Origin: Deltaproteobacteria bacterium GWB2_55_19
GTDB taxonomy: Bacteria; Desulfobacterota; GWC2-55-46
DNA: 64,000 bases
Direction: 5' to 3'
Assembly (NCBI GenBank): GCA_001797465.1
Contig: MGPQ01000009.1
Location: forward strand, 65,009-129,008
The notes below the pieces were generated by a model, which had not been told where the DNA came from, did not search any database, and saw only the letters and a list, made by a program, of their open reading frames with translations. A program made the position numbers and the translations under genes. How positions within the stretch are numbered: position 1 is the first letter of the stretch; each line of letters starts with the position of its first letter. Positions 18,032 through 26,232 of the stretch are shown here, piece after piece.

Positions 18032-19801
18032 CTATGCCTTCTTCGCCACCCTTATGAATATCTCATCGAGTTGTTTCTGGTCTACGGGCGACGGCGCGTC
18101 GCTCATGACGTCTGTCGCCTTCTGCGTCTTGGGAAAGGCTATGCAGTCGCGGATAGATTCGGACCCGGTCATTATGGCCATTATCCTGTCGAGGCCGAAG
18201 GCTATGCCTCCGTGCGGCGGCGTGCCGTACTTCAGGGCCTCGAGAAGGAAGCCGAACCGCTCCTCCGCCTCTTCCTTCGCGATGCCGAGCTTTTCGAAGA
18301 CCTTTGCCTGGACGTCGGACCTGTGGATTCGGATAGAGCCGCCGCCTATCTCGGAGCCGTTAAGGACGAGGTCGTAGGCCTTTGCCCTGACCTTCAGGGG
18401 ATCGGTGTCGAGATAGGCGAGGTCCTCGTCCATCGGCGCGGTGAAGGGGTGGTGTACGGCGACGTATCTTTTTTCCGCGTCGTCGTAATCGAAGCTCGGA
18501 AAATCAGTCACCCATACGAAGTTGAGCCTGTCTTTGGGGATGAGGTCAAGCCTTCCGCCGATGTTGGTGCGGAGCCTCCCCAAAACCGTGTTCGCGACGG
18601 ACGGTTTATCTGCGGCAAAAAGTATGAGGTCGCCTGTAACAGCGCCGAGGGCCTTCGCGGTACCCTCTTTTTCAGCGTCCGAGAGGAACTTCGCTATGGG
18701 AGACTGCCAGCCCTCTTCGGTAACCTTGACCCAGGCGAGGCCCTTTGCGCCGAAGGATACGGCTATTTCGGTCAAGTCGTCGAGGTCCTTTCTTGAAAAT
18801 GTGGCCCCGCCTTTTACGCATATCGCCTTTATAACGCCTTTTTTTGAGGCGGCGTCGGCAAAGACCTTGAAGCCGGAGCCTGAAAGGAGCGCGGTCAGAT
18901 CGACAAGCTCGAGCGCGAAACGGGTGTCCGGGTTATCCACCCCGAACCTGCCGACCGCCTCGGCGTAGGTCAAGCGAGCGAAGGGGGGCGCAAGGACCAC
19001 GCCCGACTCCTTGAATATCTCTACGACGAGCCCTTCCATGACTGAGATGACGTCTTCCCTGTCGACAAAGCTCATCTCCGCGTCTATCTGAGTAAACTCG
19101 GGCTGTCGGTCCGCGCGGAGGTCCTCGTCCCTGAAGCATTTGACTATCTGGAAGTACCTGTCGAAACCCGATATCATGAGTATCTGTTTGAAGAGCTGGG
19201 GCGACTGTGGGAGCGCGTAGAACGCACCCGGGTTAAGCCTGCTCGGCACGAGGTAATCGCGCGCGCCCTCGGGCGTGGACTTTGTAAGCACAGGCGTCTC
19301 TATCTCAAGGAAGCCGTTCCTCGTCAGATAGTTCCGGGTAGCCATCGCGACCTTGTGCCGGAGCATGAGTTTTCTCTGGAGCGGCGCCCTGCGAAGATCT
19401 AGGTAGCGGTACTTGAGCCTCGTCATCTCGGCGACGTCCGTATCGTCCTCTATCATGAAGGGGAGCGGCGCGGAATCGTTAAGCACAATGATCTCCGTGA
19501 CCGCGACCTCTACTTCGCCTGTCTTAAGGTCCGGGTTCACCGTACCCTCGGGCCTCTTCTGCACGACGCCCTTTACGGCGATGACGAATTCGCTCCGGAG
19601 GTTATGCGCCTTCTCGTGCACGGCCGAATCGGTCTCCGGGTTGAATACGAGCTGGACGAGCCCTTCCCTGTCTCTTAAGTCGATGAATATGAGGCCGCCG
19701 TGGTCCCTCCTCCTCTGGACCCATCCCATGAGGCCGATCTTCTCGCCTGTCTGAGACGTCGAGACCTCCCCGGCGTAGCAGGTCCTTCTCCATTCAGCCA
19801 T
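18032..19801 (-). CDS. aspS: Aspartyl-tRNA synthetase.
   Basis: Begins [14 protein letters not shown]... Class II motifs are present (...[18 protein letters not shown]..., ...GGGSIRIH...). The start is trimmed 30 codons from the longest ORF. Confidence 0.85.
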   Translation of the reverse strand: MAEWRRTCYAGEVSTSQTGEKIGLMGWVQRRRDHGGLIFIDLRDREGLVQLVFNPETDSAVHEKAHNLRSEFVIAVKGVVQKRPEGTVNPDLKTGEVEVAVTEIIVLNDSAPLPFMIEDDTDVAEMTRLKYRYLDLRRAPLQRKLMLRHKVAMATRNYLTRNGFLEIETPVLTKSTPEGARDYLVPSRLNPGAFYALPQSPQLFKQILMISGFDRYFQIVKCFRDEDLRADRQPEFTQIDAEMSFVDREDVISVMEGLVVEIFKESGVVLAPPFARLTYAEAVGRFGVDNPDTRFALELVDLTALLSGSGFKVFADAASKKGVIKAICVKGGATFSRKDLDDLTEIAVSFGAKGLAWVKVTEEGWQSPIAKFLSDAEKEGTAKALGAVTGDLILFAADKPSVANTVLGRLRTNIGGRLDLIPKDRLNFVWVTDFPSFDYDDAEKRYVAVHHPFTAPMDEDLAYLDTDPLKVRAKAYDLVLNGSEIGGGSIRIHRSDVQAKVFEKLGIAKEEAEERFGFLLEALKYGTPPHGGIAFGLDRIMAIMTGSESIRDCIAFPKTQKATDVMSDAPSPVDQKQLDEIFIRVAKKA

Positions 19802-20002
19802 CTTCTCTATCAATTTAAGACCTCCGGTATTGAAAGAAACTTTTTTTGGCGGCCATAACCAAAACCGCGATACTGGGAATATTCGCATCAAGGCCTGAAT
19901 ACCGCCACGCGCGCCGTGCTGGCGCGGGCGGGATTTGAACTTATATCACATCCGCGGACCCTTTTCAAATCGATAGAAAAAAACATGGTTACAAATTTTT
20001 AG

Positions 20003-20031
20003 CTTGACAGAAAACATGTAGAACGGGATAA
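20003..20031 (+). promoter_or_regulatory. Near-consensus sigma70 promoter for the cytochrome operon.
   Basis: TTGACA at 20003..20008, a 17-nt spacer and GATAAT at 20026..20031. An AAGGAGG ribosome-binding site sits 7 nt before the ATG at 20097. Confidence 0.6.
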
Positions 20032-20096
20032 TTGCCGCAATTAAAACCCCAAACAACCACATAGTCTGGGAAAAAACACCTTCAAGGAGGCAATCA

Positions 20097-20471
20097 ATGA
20101 AGAGAACTGGCTTCTGGATTCTCCTCCTGGCTTGTATCGGTATGTCTGCGGGCATCTTCGCGCCGTCGGTGACGAACGCGGAGTACGGAGACATAGTACT
20201 GAACAGCAAGTCAGAGAGCATGGAAAAGGCGGGAGTAAGCCCTGTGGTCTTCCCGCACTGGTTCCACAGGATCAGGTTCAAGTGCAAGGTATGCCACGAA
20301 GACATTTTTATCATCAAGAAGGGCGCCAACGACATCAACATGACCGCGATCATGAACGGCGAGTTCTGCGGCAAGTGCCATAACGGCCTTGTGGCATGGG
20401 AGCCGCTCTATTGCGACAGGTGCCATTCCTACAAGGGCAGCAACCCGAACGCGCCCACGAACCAGAACTAA
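20097..20471 (+). CDS. Small triheme c-type cytochrome (c7/c3-like), paralogue 1.
   Basis: Signal peptide. Heme-binding motifs CKVCH, CGKCH and CDRCH, with histidines in PVVFPHWFH positioned to act as distal heme ligands. Confidence 0.75.
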   Translation: MKRTGFWILLLACIGMSAGIFAPSVTNAEYGDIVLNSKSESMEKAGVSPVVFPHWFHRIRFKCKVCHEDIFIIKKGANDINMTAIMNGEFCGKCHNGLVAWEPLYCDRCHSYKGSNPNAPTNQN

Positions 20472-20511
20472 TAAATCACACGAGGAACAGTTTGAAAGGA
20501 GGATCGGATAA

Positions 20512-21180
20512 ATGAAAGCATCCAGGCTTTTGAAGGTCGCCCTCCTCTGCTCGCTCACGGTCACATTCGGCTTTGCCGTTAACGGTTCTTTCAGCTCGGC
20601 CGAGTCAGCTACGGCCGCCAAGGAAACCAAGGTAGCCGCTGTAACGACCAAGAAGAGCGACAAGGCGGAGACCAAGCTCGACCCGAACGACCCCTCAAGC
20701 GTTATATATCTTGATACCTCAGGAAAGCCGGCCGGCCTCGGAGACTCATCCAAGCCTCCTTCAATGGCCTATAAGGCGGGACAGGGCTGGCACCCGCAGG
20801 CCCTTTCGGCCACGGGCCTGCCCAAGGACAGGTACGGCCTCATCGACTGGGCCAAGATAGTCAGGGAGAACATCGTAAAGCCCAAGCCCTCGCTCGACGC
20901 GGCCGAGGAAGAGATGCCCCCGCTCAAGATGGACGTGCTCATTCCAGCGAAGGGCGACTTCGTGAACGACGTAATCTACCCGCACGAGATGCACACCTAC
21001 TGGCTTAAATGCGAGGTCTGCCACCCCGGGATATTCGTCCCTGCAAAGGGGTCGAACCCGATGTCCATGGTCGAGATCGCCCAGGGCAAGTGGTGCGGAA
21101 GGTGCCACGGAAAGGTCGCCTTCCCGCTTACCGACTGCAACAGGTGCCACACTTCACCCAAACAGAAGGCCGGGAAGTAG
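20512..21180 (+). CDS. Triheme c-type cytochrome with a long low-complexity N-terminal linker, paralogue 2.
   Basis: Signal peptide followed by an Ala/Lys/Ser/Thr-rich linker. Heme motifs CEVCH, CGRCH and CNRCH. AAGGAGG ribosome-binding site. Confidence 0.75.
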   Translation: MKASRLLKVALLCSLTVTFGFAVNGSFSSAESATAAKETKVAAVTTKKSDKAETKLDPNDPSSVIYLDTSGKPAGLGDSSKPPSMAYKAGQGWHPQALSATGLPKDRYGLIDWAKIVRENIVKPKPSLDAAEEEMPPLKMDVLIPAKGDFVNDVIYPHEMHTYWLKCEVCHPGIFVPAKGSNPMSMVEIAQGKWCGRCHGKVAFPLTDCNRCHTSPKQKAGK

Positions 21181-21186
21181 CCCTTT

Positions 21187-21525
21187 ATGTTAAAACGCCT
21201 GATAATAGCGTCCGCCATTGTGATCGCCATCCCGGCAGCCTCATGGGCCGGGATCGGCGACATAAGGCTTGAGTCCAAGATAGCGTCGATGAAGAAGGCC
21301 GGGGTAGGCCCGGTCGTCTTCCCGCACGACAGGCACGAAAAGTCGATCAAGTGCGCCGAGTGCCACCCGAAGATATTCAAGGACAAGCGCGGGGCGAACG
21401 ACATCTCCATGAAGTTCAACATGGAGGGCAAGTTCTGCGGCTCGCCGAACTGCCACAACAGCCCCAGGACGTTCCCGCTATACCAGTGCGCAAGCTGTCA
21501 TACAGGGGTCGGGGCGGCGAAGTAG
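21187..21525 (+). CDS. Small triheme c-type cytochrome with one atypical CX4CH motif, paralogue 3.
   Basis: Motifs CAECH, CGSPNCH and CASCH. Relative to CGKCH and CGRCH in the paralogues there is a two-residue insertion. PVVFPHDRH. Confidence 0.7.
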   Translation: MLKRLIIASAIVIAIPAASWAGIGDIRLESKIASMKKAGVGPVVFPHDRHEKSIKCAECHPKIFKDKRGANDISMKFNMEGKFCGSPNCHNSPRTFPLYQCASCHTGVGAAK

Positions 21526-21545
21526 CCGCCCCTGCTCTTTTTTTC
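21511..21545 (+). terminator. Intrinsic terminator of the cytochrome operon.
   Basis: GGGGCGGC-gaagta-GCCGCCCC followed by TGCTCTTTTTTTC. It overlaps the stop codon. Confidence 0.65.
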
Positions 21546-21877
21546 TTCTCTTTCCTCTCCCACTTTCAATAACAGATAACGGAAAAGCCCAGACCCTCGC
21601 GGGCGGATTCGGCCCCTAATCCTGAGTTCATCAGACCTTTTCATAACCCGTCTGTCTGCATGACACAGGTTTTTTGTGGCTGGATGCCCGATAAAAGCCT
21701 CGGGAATGACATGCAAAACCGTTTGTCATGCCGTCGTCTCCGCTCGTTTCAAGCGGGGATCCAGCGTCCTGGGCTCAGCGCGTAAGGAATTTTTCAACAA
21801 GAGGCGCGGTTGGACAACCAAGGGGGAAATATTTCAAAGGTGGGGCATGGTGAAAGGGTATTCAGCGGCATTCTTTC

Positions 21878-22618
21878 CTAAAGCCTTGAAGCCGCGTCCT
21901 TGTCAACGAGCCAGATGAGCTTCCCGGGCCGGACCATCCGCGCCGGGCAAGCCTCCTCGGTCCCCCGAAGAACCTCCCTGAGTATCCCGGCCTTCTCCTT
22001 GCCTGAGACGAGAAAGAGCGCGATAGAGGCGCTGTTGACCGTCTTAAGCGTCATGGTCACGCGGCGGGCCTTCTTCTTCTCCACATAGGTGTCGATGACA
22101 AGCCTCTCCTCCTCCTCGAAGCCCGTCTTTGTAGCCGGGAATATCGAGAGCGTGTGCCCGTCTTTGCCGAGGCCGAGGAGGACCAAATCGAAGGCCGGGG
22201 GCTCTCCGGCCTTGAGGCCGAAGTGGGCCCTTAACTCTTCCTCGTATGCGATGGCCGCGCTCGTTGGCTCGTCCTCGCCTTTTATCCTGTGTATATTCTT
22301 ATCCGGAATTTTTATTTTGGAGAGGAGCGCCCTTGCCGCCATGTTGTAGTTGGATTCAGGGCTCTCCGGCGGCACGCACCGCTCGTCCCCCCAGAAGACG
22401 TGGACCTTTGACCACTCTATTTTATCCGCGTACTCGGCGCCGAGGAGCTCATAAAACATCTCCGGGGTCTTGCCGCCGGAGAGCGCGACTGTGAACCGCC
22501 CCTTGCCCCGTATATTGCGTTCCGCGGCCTCAAGAAAGGTCTCAGCGGCCCTCCGGCTCATCTCCTCGGGGCCGCCTAATACGCATATGCATTCGTCGGG
22601 GCGTTCTGTTATTTCCAT
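21878..22618 (-). CDS. pgl: 6-phosphogluconolactonase.
   Basis: DevB/Pgl family (...FTVALSGGKTP..., ...HVFWGDERCVP...). Last gene of the pentose-phosphate operon. Confidence 0.8.
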   Translation of the reverse strand: MEITERPDECICVLGGPEEMSRRAAETFLEAAERNIRGKGRFTVALSGGKTPEMFYELLGAEYADKIEWSKVHVFWGDERCVPPESPESNYNMAARALLSKIKIPDKNIHRIKGEDEPTSAAIAYEEELRAHFGLKAGEPPAFDLVLLGLGKDGHTLSIFPATKTGFEEEERLVIDTYVEKKKARRVTMTLKTVNSASIALFLVSGKEKAGILREVLRGTEEACPARMVRPGKLIWLVDKDAASRL

Positions 22619-22678
22619 TTGACCTGGCGCCGGATAATCCGCGCTCGCGTTCCGTGAGACCGCGCCCTGATATCCGCC

Positions 22679-23689
22679 CTACCCAACCCTTACGACCCGC
22701 CTCTTGTCATCGGGCGTAAGGAGCCCCGCCGCATGCGCCGCGGCCCCTGTGAGCCCTGCCTTGCAGTCCATTACCACATGGACGGGGATCTTCGAGAGCA
22801 GTCCCTCGAGCCTCCCCTTTGCCCTGAAGGCTTCGATGAAGCAGGGCTTTTCAAAAGCCTTAAGCACCTTCGGGGCTATGCCTCCGGCCACAAAGACCCC
22901 TCCGATGGAGAGGGCCTTGAGCGCGAGGTTACCGGCCTCCGCGCCGTATATTGAGAGGAAAAGGGCGAGCGCGTCAGTACAGTTCCCGTCGCTACCCGCC
23001 ATGCCTTCCTCCGTAATGACCGCCGAAGGGTCATCGGTTGCGAGCCTCATCCTTATGCGCCCGGGCTCTGCCTTACCCTTTGTCTTTATGAAGTTGTAGA
23101 TGTTGACGATACCCGGGCCTGAGACCACCCTTTCGTAACTGACGCGCCCGTACTCGCCAATGAGGTGTTCGAGTAGCCCTATTTCGAGTGAGTTCCTCGG
23201 CGCGAAGTCCGCGTGCCCGCCCTCGGATGGCGAAGGGACGTATTTGTCTCCGTCACGGAACAAGACCGCCTCGCCGAGCCCGGTGCCCGCCGCGATGAGC
23301 GCGATGTTGCCGTCTCTCCGCTCCCCCTTCTGGAGGGTATAAAGGTCCTTATCCTTAAGGAGGGGCAGCCCCCAGGCTATCGCAACGAGGTCGTTTATGA
23401 GCGCCGTCTTCCCTATGCCGAACCTCTCCCCTATGGCCCTTGCGTCTATCAGCCACGGGAAGTTGGTGAGCCTGCATGCGCCCTCTTCGACCGGGCAGGC
23501 GATCCCGAAGGACGCGGCAGAGACCGCCTCATTCCCGGGGAGGAACCTCTTGATGACCTCCTCGGGGCCGGTAAAGGCCGCGTTCGCGAAAGACTCCTCA
23601 TGGAGCGGACGTAGCGACGTACCCATGTCCTCAAAGAGCCCGAGCCGGGTATTTGTACCGCCTATGTCTCCGGCGAGGATGAGCCCCAT
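22679..23689 (-). CDS. glk: Glucokinase.
   Basis: Begins MGLILAGDIGGTNTRLGLF... Glk family. Confidence 0.75.
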   Translation of the reverse strand: MGLILAGDIGGTNTRLGLFEDMGTSLRPLHEESFANAAFTGPEEVIKRFLPGNEAVSAASFGIACPVEEGACRLTNFPWLIDARAIGERFGIGKTALINDLVAIAWGLPLLKDKDLYTLQKGERRDGNIALIAAGTGLGEAVLFRDGDKYVPSPSEGGHADFAPRNSLEIGLLEHLIGEYGRVSYERVVSGPGIVNIYNFIKTKGKAEPGRIRMRLATDDPSAVITEEGMAGSDGNCTDALALFLSIYGAEAGNLALKALSIGGVFVAGGIAPKVLKAFEKPCFIEAFRAKGRLEGLLSKIPVHVVMDCKAGLTGAAAHAAGLLTPDDKRRVVRVG

Positions 23690-25255
23690 CTATTCGTTCC
23701 TCCAGTGGCGTCCGTCCTTTGAGATGAACCTGTCCGCTTCAGCCGGCCCGTGGCTCCCGGCCTTGTAGAGGTTCACCTCAGGCGCGCCCTTGCCGTTTTT
23801 CTCGATGTATTCGAGTATGGGGGTCAGGAATTCCCACGAGAGAGAGACCCCGTCCTTTCTTACGAAGAGCGTCTTGTCCCCGATCATGCAGTCCGTGAGC
23901 ACCCGCTCATAGGCCCCGAGCGTGAGCCCTTTGTACCCGTCCAGGTACGAGAAATCCATGAAGACGTCGCGCAGACACACCCTGGAGCCCGGGGACTTCG
24001 TGTGGAACTTAAGCTGGATCCTCTCCTCAGGCTGTATCTTGAGTATCAGCGTGTTCGGCCCGATCTCTTCGCCTATGGTGTCCCTGAACATGAGGTGCGG
24101 GACGCTCCTGAACTGGACAGAGACCTCTGAGAGCCTTTTTCCGAGCCTCTTGCCGGAGCGCAGATAAATGGGCACCCCCTGCCATCTCCAGTTGTCTATG
24201 TATACGCGCATCGCGGCAAAGGTCGGCACCAGGGATTCCTTCGCCACCCCCTCCTCCTCCCTGTAACCGGGGACTGTTTTCCCGTCTATCTCGCCCCCGG
24301 CGTACTGGCCGAGGCAGAGCCAGTCGTTTATATCCTCAAGCGGCGGCCTCCTGAGCGCCAGAAGCACCTTTGACCGCTCGTCCCTTACAAGCTCAGGGTC
24401 GTAGACCGAAGGCGGCTCCATAGCCGCGAGGGCGAGGACCTGCGACATGTGGTTCTGGAACATGTCCCTTAAGACCCCGGCCTGCTCGTAGTACCCGGCG
24501 CGCCTCTCCACCCCGAGCGTCTCGGCGACTGTTATCTGGACGTGGTCGATGTAGTGCCTGTTCCAGAGCGGCTCGAATATCGTGTTCGCGAACCTGAGCA
24601 TGAGGATGTTCTGGACCGTTTCCTTGCCGAGGTAATGGTCGATCCTATAAACCTGCGGCTCTGAAAATGACGAGAGCACCGCGCTGTCAAGCCTCCTCGC
24701 GCTCGCAGTATCCCGCCCGTAAGGTTTTTCCACGACGAGCCGGGTCCAGCCGGACCTTTCCCCGGCGAGCCCGGAAGAGCCCAGGAGCCCCGCTATCGTC
24801 TCATAGACCGAGGGAGGGGTCGCGACATAAAATATCCTGTTGCCCCCGGTGCCGAAAGGGACCTCTTTCTCTTCGAGGAAACGCGCTATCGTAGCGTACG
24901 CGCCCTCGTCATTGTAATCGGCGGCGATATAGAAGAGCCTTTTAGCGAACCCCTCCCACGCGGCGGAGTCGAACTCTCCGGAGGCCTTCAGGGCCTCCTC
25001 CATCGCAATTCTAAAACCATCATGGTCCATCTCAGTCCTCGCTACCCCGAGGACGAAGAACTCCTCGCCTATTATGTCGGCGAGAAAAAGCTTGAAGAGC
25101 GCGGGGATGAGCTTTCTCCTCGTCAGGTCGCCGGAGGCGCCGAATATTACCATCGCGCACGGGTCAGGGGAGGCATCCACGCAAGGAGTCTTGCGGGGCT
25201 CCGCTTTTCCGGCCTTTATCCGTTGAAAGGGGCCGCTTTGAAAGTTATCCGGCAT
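23690..25255 (-). CDS. zwf: Glucose-6-phosphate 1-dehydrogenase.
   Basis: N-terminal motif [18 protein letters not shown], the active-site RIDHYLGKE and 521 aa. Confidence 0.9.
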   Translation of the reverse strand: MPDNFQSGPFQRIKAGKAEPRKTPCVDASPDPCAMVIFGASGDLTRRKLIPALFKLFLADIIGEEFFVLGVARTEMDHDGFRIAMEEALKASGEFDSAAWEGFAKRLFYIAADYNDEGAYATIARFLEEKEVPFGTGGNRIFYVATPPSVYETIAGLLGSSGLAGERSGWTRLVVEKPYGRDTASARRLDSAVLSSFSEPQVYRIDHYLGKETVQNILMLRFANTIFEPLWNRHYIDHVQITVAETLGVERRAGYYEQAGVLRDMFQNHMSQVLALAAMEPPSVYDPELVRDERSKVLLALRRPPLEDINDWLCLGQYAGGEIDGKTVPGYREEEGVAKESLVPTFAAMRVYIDNWRWQGVPIYLRSGKRLGKRLSEVSVQFRSVPHLMFRDTIGEEIGPNTLILKIQPEERIQLKFHTKSPGSRVCLRDVFMDFSYLDGYKGLTLGAYERVLTDCMIGDKTLFVRKDGVSLSWEFLTPILEYIEKNGKGAPEVNLYKAGSHGPAEADRFISKDGRHWRNE

Positions 25256-25311
25256 AATGGGTTCCGAGAGTCTTGTTTTTATTGGGGAGGCGCGGCAAGT
25301 TTATCTTGCGC

Positions 25312-26220
25312 TCATTCGCCTTCGGATTTTACGGAGTGGCCGCCGAATTCCTTCCTGAGCGCGGCGAGGACCTTTTCGGCGAACGAGTCATCCTGCCTGG
25401 AGCGGAACCTCCTGAAGAGCGCTTCCGTTATGACCGGCAGGCTTACGCTTAAATCCAGAGCCTCTTTCACGGTCCAGCGCCCCTCGCCGGAGTCTTCAAC
25501 GAAGCCGCTTATGGCCGAGAGCCCCGGGTCCCTTGAGAGCGCCGTTTCCAGGAGCTCCAAGAGCCACGAACGGACTACGCTCCCCCTCATCCAGAGGCGG
25601 GCGATGTTTTTAAGATCGAGCTCCTCTCCGTAACCAGAGGCCTTCATGAGCTCGAACCCTTCGGCGTAAGCCTCCATTAGCCCGTACTCTATGCCGTTAT
25701 GCGCCATCTTGACGAAGTGGCCTGAGCCCGGCCCGCCGCAACGGAGGTATCCGCCCTCCTGGGCAAGGCTTTTAAATATCGGGCCTATCAAGCCGCATAC
25801 GGCCGCCTCTCCCCCGGCCATGATGCAGTAGCCTTCGGTAAGGCCCCAGATGCCGCCGCTTACGCCCGCGTCGATGAAATGTATGCCGATTGCGGCGAGA
25901 TCCTTATGCCTTCGGAGAGAGTCCTTGTAGAAGCTGTTGCCCCCGTCTATTATTATGTCGCCGGGGGCAAGCCCCTTTTTAAGGACCGCGATAGTCGAGT
26001 CCACCGCCTCCCCTGCCGGGACCATCAGCCAGACGGCCTTTGGAGACGGAAGCGCGGAGGCGAGGGCTTCGAGCGTATACGCGCCCTTTATCCCGAGTCC
26101 CTCGGCCTTCTTCGTCCTCTCCGAAGACCTGTCGAAGGCTGTTACAACATGGCCGTCCTGGACGAGGCGGAGCGCCATGTTCATGCCCATGCGCCCGAGT
26201 CCCACCATTCCTATGCGCAA
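25312..26220 (-). CDS. gnd: 6-phosphogluconate dehydrogenase, short (~300 aa) decarboxylating form.
   Basis: Begins MRIGMVGLGRMGMNMALRL... A Rossmann fold followed by the 6PGD C-terminal domain. Confidence 0.8.
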   Translation of the reverse strand: MRIGMVGLGRMGMNMALRLVQDGHVVTAFDRSSERTKKAEGLGIKGAYTLEALASALPSPKAVWLMVPAGEAVDSTIAVLKKGLAPGDIIIDGGNSFYKDSLRRHKDLAAIGIHFIDAGVSGGIWGLTEGYCIMAGGEAAVCGLIGPIFKSLAQEGGYLRCGGPGSGHFVKMAHNGIEYGLMEAYAEGFELMKASGYGEELDLKNIARLWMRGSVVRSWLLELLETALSRDPGLSAISGFVEDSGEGRWTVKEALDLSVSLPVITEALFRRFRSRQDDSFAEKVLAALRKEFGGHSVKSEGE

Positions 26221-26232
26221 GATACCCTCCTT

